NCBI GenBank assembly: GCA_002269645.1
Contig: NIVC01000845.1
Coordinates: 1-64,000, forward strand
DNA length: 64,000 bases
Direction: 5' to 3'
DNA from: Macrostomum lignano
Lineage: Eukaryota
The position numbers and the translations under genes were made by a program. Position 1 is the first letter of the stretch, and the number at the start of each line of letters is the position of its first letter. Below, piece by piece: positions 10,101 to 21,769 of this stretch. Below the pieces are notes generated by a model. That model was not told the origin of the DNA. It worked only from the letters and a program-made list of their open reading frames with translations, and searched no databases.

Positions 10101-13100
10101 AGATTTGGGTTGCCGTTCTGACTGCACAGACAAGTAGAAACTAATATTTTGCCTAATCTTTCCTTTACAAAATTAATAAAAACTGAGTACAATTTAAATT
10201 GCACTTTTATAGCCGGCTCAACTGAGGAGAACAAAGACATGGAAGGTAAATTCTACCAAGAATAAGTCTTGGTTATTGCAGTTTGCTCTCACACCGTCTG
10301 CTGTGCTGAAAAACAACCCATCCTCCTGCCCTGTCCTTATCCGCATTCCCCATTTTAAGAGATCTGTTGCCTATTTGCATTTCTTTTTTCATATTTGCAA
10401 GCATTGAACAGAAATTTTTTTCTAGTTTTTATTCTTTAATTTATTGCACTGGACAGAAAGCCAGACTGTATTGAATTTTAAATTCAGTGTATATCTCAGA
10501 TGCTAATGGCTAGACATGACTCGTATAAATTATAACTAGATTGGCCACAGCACATTTGCGTGTAAGCTACTTTCAGTTCAGTAGTAAAGTTAAGCAGAAG
10601 CATTTTATTGCATTTTATTGGCTCTTACCCACAGCTTAAACCATCCAACCGCGCCTTTCCACACTAACCTCACCCCGCCCCAATTTTTATTGCCTTTTTC
10701 TGCCTTCCAGCCTAAAGCTGCCCATGTACATTTCAGTGGACTGGCAAATGTACATTACTGCTGAAACAATTAGCAAGTTGTTTACTGTTAAACGGGGGTG
10801 GGAGCTGTAGCTACCCGCGGATCAGCCCTGGGAGGGGCTCTGCACTTCCAGGGGCCTAAGCCCGAGATACCCACTAGTTGGTTAGGCCCTAATTAGACCC
10901 TAACGTCGTGGGTAGGGCTGGGTGTGAACTGCCTACTAACCCAAGCCTATGGACTAAGGCACCGCCAACCCAAAGGTGGAATCAGGGACGTTGCTAGGAC
11001 CGAGTCCACCCAGACCACCACCCAGCAGACAAGTCTTTGGGAGTGCGCGCGAAGAAAGGGTTTGAAAAGCTTAGCAAGTTGTTTACGCCTGCAAGCTTGG
11101 ACTTCTTAAACTTATCAAAGTCATTTCAGCTGCTTTTATTTTTATAAAATAGCTTATGTATTCTTATTTGCTACTAAACTGAAAGTAAAAAGCTGTTTTA
11201 CTAAGTATATATGCCTAAGTGGCCCACTTAGTGATTTTAGTATCTGTGGTGTACATTAGATGTACGTTTAACGTTCGTGTAATGTACATTGAGTGTAAAT
11301 CTAACACACGTAGAATGTACATTCAATCCGGGAGCAAATCCGGAGTACTAGAACAAAACAAAAAATAAGCCACGATGACTCATCCAAGGTTGCTGCTCAG
11401 CTAGCCCATTTGTTAGGACAGATAGTTCTACCAAAACACTCACACGTTGCAACTTTTTCTCTGTCGCTTTGCCTCGAATTGCACGACATTGCTTCTTCCT
11501 TAAAGAAAGAGGCTAAATTGGCATTTGAATAGTATCTGGATTTCCCCCAGCATCTTTGCCTCATCCTTCATGTCAACTTGTCGGCACCGCTGCAAAATTT
11601 GCAGTTCTGTCCAGCCCTAGCAAAGCCCCGCCAAGGCGCAGCTCTCGCTCAGACCAGCAGCAGCAGAACACATCAGGCCAATCAGGCAGCGCTAAAAAGT
11701 CGCGCCAGCGAGCTACTTCCGGTGGAAGCACTGGAAGCGCTGGGGACGGAATTGGAGGCGGTGTTAGCCGATTGGAAGGGCTTGGTAAAAACAGCTATGA
11801 GTTAGAAAGCCTATTGGAATAGTCCTTGTAGCGTTTAGTAGAATCTCCTAAAAATTGTAGCGTTTTTTATTTTGCAACTAGCTACTTATAGTTAGCATCA
11901 GTAGTGTCTATCGAATCTGTGATTTATAGCGGCAGTATTCACAGAAAACTTCTGTTATCTACATAATCCTCAAAACCTTGAGACTAAAAAGAACTTTTTT
12001 ATTTCCGAGCTCTTTGTTATTGATGCTAGCTTGAGCATCTGGTGAAATGCCCTCTGCTTTGCACTTTAAAACTGCTTTCCTACCCTATATGCAATTACGT
12101 ACGTACGCTTGACTTTTCTTTTGGTAACGCAACAGCCTGCTTTTGCTTTTAAAACAGTATTACGTATTGCTTGTGCAATTTGACTGTCAAAGATCCTCAT
12201 TATGAAACACCAAAGATCCTCAGTATGGGATCTCAAAGATCCTCAGAATGGGACGTCAAGGATCTTCAGTGTGGGACCTCAGAGATCCTCAGTATGGGAC
12301 CTCAAAGATCCTCAGTATGGGACCTCAAAGATCCTCAGAATGGGACGTCAAGGATCTTCAGTGTGGGACCTCAAAGATCCTCAGTATGGGACCTCAAAGA
12401 TCCTCAGTATGGGACCTCAGAGATCCTCAGTATGGGACCTCAAAGATCCTCAGTATGGGACCTCAAAGATCCTCAGTATGCAGGGACCTCAAAGATCCTT
12501 AGTATGGGAATGCCAAAGATCCTCAGTGTGGGACCTCAAAGATCCTCAGTATGGGACCTCAAAGATCCTCAGTGTGGGACCTCAAAGATCCTCAGTATGG
12601 GACCTCAAAGATCCTCAGTATGTGAACGCCAAAGATCCTCAGTATGCAGGGACCTCAAAGATCCTTAGTATGGGAACGCCAAATATCCTCAGTATGGGAC
12701 CTCAAAGATCCTCAGTATGGGAACGCCAAAGATCCTCAGTATGGGACCTCAAAGATCCTCAGTATGGGAACGCCAAAGATCCTCAGTATGGGACGCCAAA
12801 TATCCCTTTACGAGTAGCAAGGGATATTAAAGATCTCCAGTCTAGGCTACAAGCCCCATGCAACTGGAAACCTCCATTGATCTCCCTCTCTCGCAGCTGC
12901 CAAGCACAACCACCTGCACTTCGGCGACTGCTACCTGACGGAGCCGAAGACGCTGACCTTCCAGCTGTGCAACCACTCCCAGACCGACACCGTTCGCTTC
13001 GCTTTCCCCGTCTCCACCGGCGAAACCGGGACTAGCTTCTCTCCGACCGTGGGCCACCTGCGCCCCGGACAGAGCAAGTCCATCGCGGCCACCTACCGAG

Positions 13101-16100
13101 CCGCTCAGGCGCAGGACATTCGAGCCCAGCCCGTCGCCTGCCGGCTCGCCAAGGTGTCCTACAAGGAGGACCCGCCGGCTGACTGGGACGACACCAAGCG
13201 GACCATGCGCTGGCTGCCAGTCGACCCGGCCCAACCAGCCGGTCGCAAGAAGAAGGTGGTGGAAGTCGAGGCCGAGCCGGAGCACTCAGAATTGCCGGAC
13301 AGCCAGCGCAGCCTGGAGCTGCTGGTCTCGGCCAAGGCCGATCACTGCAAACTCGCGCCGCTAGCCGAGTCGGCCGTGCAGTTCCGCGACACCCTGCTGT
13401 TTCAACGCCGACTCCACCAGGTGCAGTTGGTCAACACTGGCCGAGTGGCCGCTGCCTTCACCTGGCAGGTAGTCATGGAGGACGTTGAGCAGGCGTCTGG
13501 CTCCAGACCGCAGTCGGCTAGGCAGAGCAATCGCGAGGAGTCGCTGCTGCCATTCGCCGTGGAGCCAGAGTCGGGCACCGTGCCAGTTGGTCGAACCGTT
13601 GACGTTACCCTCGCCTTCGCGCCGCTCGCTCTGGGCAACTTTCGGGCCCGACTGGTCTGCCGGGTGCCGAACCTGGAGGAGGGACCGGCGGCCTCGCCGG
13701 CGCCGTGCGTCACCGTCAGCGGCCGGTCGGTGCAGCCGTTCTGCCACTTCGAGCTGCCGCAGTCCGACTATCTGACGGGTTAGTGTTTTTTTGTAACTGA
13801 GGAGCTCTCGGGAGATACGAGATTAAAGTGGGAGAAAAGTCGTAATATGGTCTTGTTGAATAAGAAGGGAGAAAGATGATAGATAGAGAACAGACGGATA
13901 TGCTACGAGCGTAAAGAGATTTACAAACTGAGAAACAGATAGGGGGACAAAATAGCGTCGATAGAAGATCCTATTGAACATTTTGTCAGAGTTTGTCTAC
14001 TCATAAGTGTGGCGCTAAACCCGTTGAGAAAGACAGCGTGACAACAATCGCAAAATAATCATCGCAAACAACAATAGTAACTAGCGGCTCTGATGCGTCT
14101 CTTGCAAATTATTGACGACTCAAACGACTGTAATGCAACGGAGGGGCGACTGTTAAGTCACGAGCGCATCATGTGAGCTGCAGAATTGTAAAGGAGTCGC
14201 GAGAAAGTCCTCCAAGAGACGTTTTCTTATCATTGCACTTTCTACTAACTCAAGTAGGCTAAATAGAGTTGTTAAAAATGCGAAATGCGATTCTAATTCA
14301 TGAAGTGACGCAGATGCGCTTAAGCTAAAGCGCTTTAGACGCAACTCAGTGATCCTACAGCGACTCTAGCACGCCTCAGCTACGACTCTACGACCCCAGA
14401 GTCATAATAGAAGCGCCCAAGAGTCGTTTCAAAATCGCAAAAACAATAAAACGTCTCAAATTGACTCTTAGGCGATTCCTTGAAGACTTATTTGGCAACT
14501 TGTACGAGCGTACAGTGATATCTCGTCTAAAGTCGCTTCTTTTCTATTTTACCTGTGTTACCTACAACGACTCTGAAACCACTCTGGGGCGACTCAAATG
14601 TAGGGGTGTTCGGGGTTCGGGGTCGGGTCGGGTTTCGGGTCGGGTTTTGGTACCGGGTTCGGGGTTCGGGTCGGGTTTGGCCACCGGGTTTTCGGGGTTT
14701 TCGGGGTTTTGAACAATTATCATTCTCAAAAGTATTTTCAAGCACTTTTTACTCCTTATGCAAAATCCACAATGCGAAAGATATGCATTGAGTTTCAGGT
14801 ACAACTTAAGTTATATTTTACATACAATTTGAAACGGAAATAGCAGATAGAACCATGGATTCATTTACACTTTCTGGTAAATACGATTGTCGTTTTTCGA
14901 CCCATTCAGTCTTGCAGTTGATGATTTAAAAAATTACGTTCAGTAATAATTTTACATGTGCTACGTGTAACATGGTCTGAACTTCTGGATTGGATGAGGA
15001 AGCTTAAAATTTATAAATACACTAATATTCTCCACGCATCAGTCGCCAATAATTAATTATCACAATGATTACCTACTCATATCAGCATACAATTTTATGT
15101 AAAGACGTCACTTTAGTTTTTACAAAGCAATTCTGTTATACCACTACTGACTTACTGTTAACTGTAGTCAAAAGTAAAAATATATATATATTTGTGATTA
15201 ACTCTCCTGTTTCATTGTATCATTGCTTTATCTGTGCCATCTCTTTATCGCTCTAGTTCTATCTCTTCTGATATCTGCACTACAGGGTAGAATCTAATTT
15301 TATTGTACTCTATTTTTGCAGCTTAAATAAACTCATAGATGTAATATTACTATGAAAGCAATTTCGTTGTAAGTATAGGTACGAAATGGTCCTGATTTTA
15401 GTTGTGAACTTTCATGTATCTTACTATTAGATCTTGGGTCTTGGTAATCCTTCCATCTCAATCCCAATCCCATTGCAAGAAGTGTTTCATATTTCTTTTC
15501 CTAGTTGTAGAGTAGCTAAGGGAAATAAAACCACAAGGCTAAGTGGTTGAAGCTGTTAAGGCACATCTCAATATATAAAACTGAATTTAAAACTGAAATT
15601 CAAAATTGAAAACTGAAAAATTGAAAACTGAAAACTGAATTTATTAAAATGATTGACCAAAATAAGCGTGAAAATGTTCGGGGTTACGTTCGGGGTCGGG
15701 TCGGGTTTTGGTACCGGGTTCGGGGTTCGGGGTTGGAAGAAATGTTCGGGACGGGGTTCGGGGTTCGGGGTAGGGGTACCGGGTTCGGGGTAAACCCCGA
15801 ACCCCGAAAAAATGGCCGACCCGAACACCCCTACTCAAGTGACTCTGGGATGCTTCTTGGCTTAGGTACCGTTTTCATCGCCATAATGCAGCAGAGAAGC
15901 AGAGCCTAAACTCAAAACTCCCGCAGGCGCCAAGCGCAATCCGGAGCTCCCCGGACCCAACGGCGCCCCGCCAGGCGCCAAGCTCAACCCGGACACTCGG
16001 GTTGTTGAAATCGACAGCGTCGGGCTGGACAACCGCGCCATGCGCAGGTTCCACATCGTCAATCCGACCAGCGTGGGCTACGACTACCAATGGGAGTGCC

Positions 16101-19100
16101 AGGACAGCTCCGGGGTCAAGGAGGACAACGGCATCCTCTGTCTAGACCGCGGTGGTCACCTCGAACCCGGCCGCGGTGCCGAGGTCACTTTCGAGTACAC
16201 GCCGAAGAAGCTCGGCGTCTCCGAGAGCTTCTGGTGCTTCAGCGTGCCGGCGCACGGCATCAGCCTGCCCTTCCTGGTGGTCGGCCGCACCAAGGAGCCT
16301 CGGGTGGTGTTCGATCGCAGCCACCACAACTTTAACTCGCTGCTGCTGCAGTTCACCGCCAGGGAGACATTCTACATGACCAACGAGGAGGACCAGGCCT
16401 TCCAGTTCGACATCGACCCGAACTCGCTGCGCTGTCCCGGTCACCCGAACATTCTCAAGGTGGAGCCAATGTCCGGCCAGGTGCCGAAGCGAGGCCGCCT
16501 GGCGCTCACCATGACGCTCTGTCTGACTTCGGAGAAGCCGGCCAACTACAATGTCCGCTGCGAAGTCCGGAACAAGACCGAGCCGCTGACTTTGAATGTC
16601 AAGGCCGAGGGCTACTGCATGAAGGCCGACCTGCTGATTGAAGATCCGGAGAGCGGGCAGAGCTTGCCGGTGTCCGAGAAAACACCGGGACAGGTGAGAA
16701 AACCCAAGTGGCTAATTATGACTCTGGAATTGCTAAGCAGAGTTAAGCAGAATTAGCCGCAGTTAGTACGCATCTGAATAGGTTTCGATCAGATAGCATT
16801 CACTATAAGTCTCACATTGGCGAAACACAAAATTTTTGTTCAAACAAAATAATAAAACACTAAATAGGTCATGGGTCATAGGTCATCGGTTATAAGTAAT
16901 AGATCATCGGTCATTGATAAAAAGTCATCGGTTATCGGTCATAGGTCATTGGTCATAAGTCATCGGTCAAATGTCGTCGGTCATATGTCATCGCTTATAG
17001 GTCATGGGTCATAGGTCCTCGGTCATCGGTTATCGGTCATTAGGTCATCGGTTATCGGTCATCGGTCATTAGGTCATAGCTCATAGCTCATAGGACACTC
17101 ATTTGGATTCTCCCTCACCCACCCAGCTGGACTTCGGCTCCGTCGAGGTCAACGAGGTGGTCCGCCGCCGTCTGGTGGTCTGGAACAGGGGCAAGTTCGA
17201 CCTCAGCTTCGCCTGGGACTTCGCGCCCGGCACCAAGCGGCCCGACAGCCTCTCGGTGACGCCAACCGAAGCCAACGTGCCGTTCGGCGAGAGAAAAATC
17301 TGCGAACTGGTCTTCGCGCCGAAGTCGCGCTCGCAGCTTAAAGGATCCCTCCTGGTGCTGACAGTGCCGAATGGGCCGACCTACCAGGTGGCGGTGCTGG
17401 GCGCCTCCACCGAGCCGAAAATCGGCTTCGCCTTCGGCACGAAAGACCCGGCGAAGAGCGGCGCCACGGCGCGGCACGACTTCGGGCCGAGGTTCGTGTT
17501 TCAGGCCGGGATGGAGCAGGCCACTGCTCAGCTGTTCGTGCACAATCTGGACAGCCGGGCGGTCACGGTTGACTGTCTGTACACACCTGGCCAGGTGCTG
17601 CAGCACGACTTCAAGGCCTGCCTGCTGCAGCCGGGACAGTCGACCAGCTGCAAGTTCACCTTCCTGCCAAGGTTGGTTGTCACACTGTCATTGAGATCAG
17701 TGATCTTAGGCTTAGTAACGTTCTTTATCGCACTTCTCAACTTTGTCAGTAGCTTCAGAGTTCCTGTCACCGCCACACCGCTCACCTCTCCGCTCGCAGG
17801 GAGGCTGTCCGCTACGAGGAGACGGTGACCTTCGAGCTGAACGGCCTCACCCAGTCGAGCGTCCAGCTGGCCGGCCGCGGCTCCGAGCTGCGCATCGAGC
17901 CGGTGAACCCTCGACAGCGACTCGTCCACCTGGGCGTCGCCAAGATCGGCGAGCTGGTGAAGAAAGTGATCCCGGTGACCAACCGGGGTCTGGCACCGGT
18001 GCCGCTCCGGTTCGCAGTGTCCCCGGCCTGCAAGGAGCTGGCTGGCACCGATGCCTTAACCATCAAGCAGCCGAAGGACCTGGTGACGCTGAACCCGCAG
18101 GAGACGGTGAACGTGGAGATCGCCTTCCGCCCGACCTGCCGAGTGGCGCAGTTCACCGAGGAGGTCCTGGCCGAGGCCTGGGCGCTGTCGCCGCTGCCCG
18201 TGCTGGCCGTCCGGGGCGCCTGTCTGGCGCACGACTTCCGGCTGAGCTCGCAGCTGCTGAGCTTCCTGCCGCCCGGCCCGAGCTTCGCCGAGGCCGGCAA
18301 GGAGCCGCCAAAGCTGGTGGTTGGCAGCCAGTCAAAGCGCAGCCTCATCTTGTACAACTGCGGCGACATCGGAGCCCGGTTCGCCTGGGACACCGCCAAG
18401 CTCAAGCCGGACTTCGCCATCGCGCCGGAGACTGGCTACCTGAGTCCGGGTGCCGAGGTCACTATCGAGGTCACGTTTAAGTGAGTGCCGAACTCAAACT
18501 GGACGCGCTTGATCATTGGCCCTCTCTTTAGCCTTATCCTTTATCTACAAATGGGAGCTGGCCATCATGAGCGTAAATATTGGTAGCGTGACCAACCAAC
18601 CCTTTTCTAGGGGTTAATTTGTGTTCCTACCATCTGAATGATCAATCTGCATTTCATTTTCAATTATTTCTACCGGACACCTCCTCACCTCACTTTTTTC
18701 TGTATCCTCACTCTTATTGGCTGAAGGGAGACACCTACCTCACTCCTATCCATTCCTTCCTCATTCTTCACTCTTATTGGTTGGAGGGAGACACCCACCT
18801 CACTCCGATCTTTCCTTCCTCATTCTCCATTCTTATTGGTTGGAGGAAGATACCCACCTCACTCTAACTCTATTCATTTCTTCAGTCTAATTCGTTAATA
18901 GATCTTTATAGTGTTAAACCGCTGCTCACAGACTACTAATATCGAACTAACCTCAAACTCGCAGGCCCACGCAGCCAAAGGCGGACATCCGCATCGAGGG
19001 CATCAAGTGCCGCATCGAAGGCTGGAAGGACCTTGAGCTCACCTTGACTGGCACCAGCGCTCCGGCCACGCCGGTCCGCGAGACGCCTCACTTCGTCTGC

Positions 19101-20837
19101 CAGGTGCGCCAGAAGGACACAAAGCCGATCCAGATATTCAACAACTCGCACACGCAGTGGAAGCTGCGGCCAGTGATCGACGGCGAGTTCTGGTCCGGTC
19201 CCGACATCCTCGTCGTAGAGCCGCAACAGACGAAGACCTACGATTTGACCTACCGGCCTCTGCGGATGACTCAGGACGGCAAGAAGCACACCGGGACATT
19301 GTTCTTCGCGCTGCCCGACGGCACTGGCCTGCTGTACAATCTGCTTGGCACGGCTGAGGAGCCTCGACCGTTGAAGATCACGCAGGAGATTCCCTGCAAG
19401 ATGGAGCACTACGAGGTGCTGCCGGTGCAGAACTGGTTGCCCAGAGCGCAGCGGTTCAAGGTGACGCGAGATATTCTCAAGCCCGACCGGATTGACGCAG
19501 GCACGACGTTCCAGGGCCTGGACTATATCGACGTGCCCGGAGACGCCAAGCGAGACTACAAGCTGCACATGTACTGCTACAGGGAGGCGCAGTACCAGCT
19601 GCGTATTCGGTTTGAGAATGAGCAAACCGGAGAGTACATCACGTACGAGTTGTTCCTCAAGGCTGGCCGGCCGGGTAGTGTGGGCTCCATCAGTTTGAGC
19701 AGCCCGGTTAGACAGGCGGTTCAGCACTCCATCGACGTAATAATTTTACTAATGCTTTCATTAGTGAGAGAGCCAAGTACTCAGAGACGGTCTCTCCATC
19801 TGTACTCGGAGATGGTCCCTCAATTTGTACTCAGAGACGGTCTCTCCCTCTGTACTCAGAGATGGTCTCTCCATCTGTACTCAGAGACGGTCTCTCTATC
19901 TGTACTCAGAGATGGTCTCTCCATCTGTACTCAGAGATGGTCCCTCAATCTGTACTCAGAGACGGTCTCTCCCTCTGTACTCAGAGGTCTCTCCATTGCA
20001 ACCAGAGCCTGTCTTTCAATCCCGCAGATTGAGAACCCGCTGGCTCACCCGGTGACCCTGACCGTGTCAACGACAGTATCGGAAGTTCGAGTCCCGTCTC
20101 AGCTGCAGATTCCGCCGCAGACGCTCGGTCAGATTGAGATCGAATTCCTGCCCCTGAAGCCGCAAGACTACCGTGGCAAGCTAGAGCTTCAATGCCCGGA
20201 GCTCGGCCTATACACCTACGAGCTCGACCTCAAAGGTACTCAGCCAGGCCCCGAGCGCGCTCTGCACTTCACCACCTACCTGGGCGGCCAGCAGGTGCTG
20301 CAAGCTCGATTCGTCAACTATGGCCGGTCCAAGGCCGACTTCGCGTGCAGAATCGAGCCCGCGACGGATTTCCACTGCGATAAGACGGTCACCGTTTCAC
20401 CCGGCTCCGAGGGCGTCCTAGACGTCGTTTTCGAGCCCTGCCGACTTGGCGACATCAAGAGCACCTTGACCGTGACCAGCCAGTCGGCCGGCGCCTACCT
20501 GTTCCCCCTGCATGCGGTCTGCCTGCCGCCCAAGCCGCAGGGACCGTTCGTGGTCAAAGCCGGCGCCACCGCCACCATCTCGTTTCGCAACGTGTTCCCG
20601 TCGGCTACGCAGTTCACCTTCCAGGTAGACAATCCGGCGTTCAGCGTGCACAAGTCCGGCGACACGGTGCGGCCGCACAAGGAGTACCGCATTGTTGTGA
20701 CTTTCAACCCGGGAGCGGACGCGGGTCAGGACGCGGTCATGGCCAAGCTGTTGGTCACCTGCGCCAGATCATCTGGCGCGGGCAGCGCACTTCAGTGGGT
20801 GTACTATTTGCGTGGTCATCCACCAGATAGGTCCTAA
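1135..20837 (+). CDS. HYDIN: HYDIN, axonemal central-pair apparatus protein (C-terminal portion; gene starts upstream of the window)
   Basis: Exons inferred from GT/AG sites with consistent phases: 1135-2650, 4053-4223, 4398-4487, (5895-5960), 7060-7239, 7381-8174, 8460-8626, 9801-9927, 10213-10245, (11605-11784), 12897-13778, 15927-16693, 17127-17671, 17800-18480, 18965-19736, 20028-20837 (TAA). Collinear matches to recalled human HYDIN motifs: SDELGQFDQTLNFEI, FGPLLVGK, SAEAYDVAIDLSFPKG, GEGNLPRV, DNQYE..VGEGYEDE, HLHFGDC, FCHFELPQSDY, FFALPDGTGLLY, QGLDYIDV, LPPKPQGPF, WVYYLRG. The first exon contains frameshifts (see findings). Confidence 0.97.
3361..3392 (+). ncRNA. Degenerate minimal type-I hammerhead ribozyme-like motif
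   Basis: CTGACGA-aGGC-gaacaa-GCCa-GAAAC-CG-GTC: core CUGANGA, stem II, GAAA, palindromic ACCGGT stem III and a GUC triplet. Stem I pairing is poor. Confidence 0.4.
4594..5337. repeat. 69-bp minisatellite, ~11 copies
   Basis: Unit TTAAACCCGCGTTTTAATTGGCTC...GCAAATGGGGAG, in a HYDIN intron. Confidence 0.95.
5895..5960 (+). CDS. Candidate 66-nt symmetric cassette exon of HYDIN
   Basis: gttgcag|C GAA CCA AAC...ATC CG|gtaccc. Phase 2-2 and open, but the donor is weak. Confidence 0.3.
6480..6960. repeat. 38-39-bp minisatellite containing GGGATTTCCC
   Basis: Unit CAGGGATTTCCCATAGATTCTGAGGATTCCCAAAAGATA. Confidence 0.95.
8913..9766 (+). mobile_element. Non-LTR retroelement/SINE-like insertion (854 bp) with 21-bp TSD and (CATAGT)n tail
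   Basis: AGATGTCAATCTTACCTCTCC is duplicated at 8892-8912 and 9767-9787. The tail (CATAGT)3CAT lies at 9746-9766. Confidence 0.75.
10213..10245 (+). CDS. HYDIN: 33-nt HYDIN microexon (AGSTEENKDME)
   Basis: ttttatag|CCGGCTCA...ATGGAAG|gtaaat. Phase 1-1, which fits the flanking exons. The peptide resembles recalled human EDNDME just before AALVDHIQFGDC. Confidence 0.75.
10535..11232. mobile_element. MITE-like element, copy 2 (inverted relative to copy 1), interrupted by a 285-bp insertion
   Basis: Reverse-complement similarity to 450-864 on both sides of the insertion. Confidence 0.65.
10786..11070. mobile_element. 285-bp GC-rich insertion with 16-bp TSD (retroposed fragment/SINE-like)
   Basis: TTAGCAAGTTGTTTAC at 10770-10785 and 11071-11086. 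The insert is absent from the homologous position of copy 1. Confidence 0.7.
11605..11784 (+). CDS. Candidate 180-nt symmetric cassette exon of HYDIN (S/G/Q/R-rich)
   Basis: tttgcag| ... CTTG|gtaaaa. Phase 1-1, open frame VLSSPSKAPPRRSSRSDQQQQ...GVSRLEGL, GC-rich island within an AT-rich intron. No homology recognised. Confidence 0.5.
12185..12800. repeat. ~23-bp minisatellite (GGGACCTCAAAGATCCTCAGTAT)
   Basis: Tandem copies upstream of HYDIN exon 12897. Confidence 0.95.
14601..15833. mobile_element. Non-autonomous hAT-type DNA transposon
   Basis: TIR TAGGGGTGTTCGG...CCGAACACCCCTA. 8-bp TSD CTCAAATG/CTCAAGTG (one mismatch). Subterminal GGGTTCGG repeats at both ends and an AT-rich noncoding interior. 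Confidence 0.85.
16866..17095. repeat. Degenerate 7-bp repeat (GGTCATA/GGTCATC)
   Basis: Fills about half of intron 16694-17126. Confidence 0.85.
18630..18870. repeat. 60-bp-unit repeat, left arm of an inverted pair
   Basis: About 3 copies. Reverse complement of 20960-21275. Confidence 0.85.
19765..19996. repeat. 25-bp minisatellite (TGTACTCAGAGACGGTCTCTCCATC) in the last HYDIN intron
   Basis: About 9 copies. Confidence 0.9.
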
Positions 20838-20959
20838 GGCTGAGCTGAGACTGTGCCTCGATTTACTTGGGGTTGAGTAATTAGCATCTGGAGTTGGAAA
20901 TCTGCAATATTCAAAATTTTAAGCTTATTTTATTGTGGCTTGCCAGGAGCTGGCCACTA

Positions 20960-21275
20960 TAAAGATCTTAACGAATTAGTCAATAAGAACCTCCAGTCAA
21001 TAAGAGTGAAGCATGAAGCAGGAATGGATCGGAGTGACGTGGGTGTATTCCTCCAGCCAATAAGAGTGAAGCATGAGGCAGGAATAGATCGAAGTGAGGT
21101 GGGTGTATTCCTCCAGCCAATAAGAGTGAAGCGTGAGGCAGGAATGGATCGGAGTGAGGTGGGTGTCTTCTTCCAGCCAATAAGAGTGAAGCATGAGGAA
21201 GGAGTGGATTGGACTGAGGTGAGGAGGGTGCCCGTTAGAAAGAATTCAAAATGAAATGCAGATGCAGATGGATTA
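20960..21275. repeat. 60-bp-unit repeat (CCAATAAGAGTGAAG...), right arm of an inverted pair
   Basis: 4 copies at an exact 60-bp period downstream of the HYDIN stop. Confidence 0.9.
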
Positions 21276-21769
21276 TTCCGATGTTAATTATAAACTTCAT
21301 GCGGACTCCATGCAGAACTTTTTAAAAACGAACTTAAAAAACATTTCCTGATGCGTGCCGTAATTCAACTCTGCTACATCATTAGCCCGTAGGAAGAAGC
21401 TGAAGAGACATTTTTTTCAATTTCCTGAATAAACAGTGAAATAACTCGCGGCTAATGAAGTTGGGAACGCGTTTTTTTATAATTCTCTTTTTTGCTTAAC
21501 CTCTGTGATACTGCTTACTTGACACTGATTTTTGAATGAAATTTATATTTAAAAAAGACAAAAAATATATTTCTTCAAAGTATTTTGAATGCAGAAAAAA
21601 TTTCTTTTTCAAGGAAATTGTTGGCATGATTTTTAGCCTGTTTTAATAAATTATAAACCGCTAGAGCTGCTTCGATTTCCATGAATAATTTTAAACACTT
21701 CCTGTTTGGAATCTGGACTTCTTGTTAGAGAAAATTTCTGGTGAATTTCCATCTGAACTTGTCTTCTCT

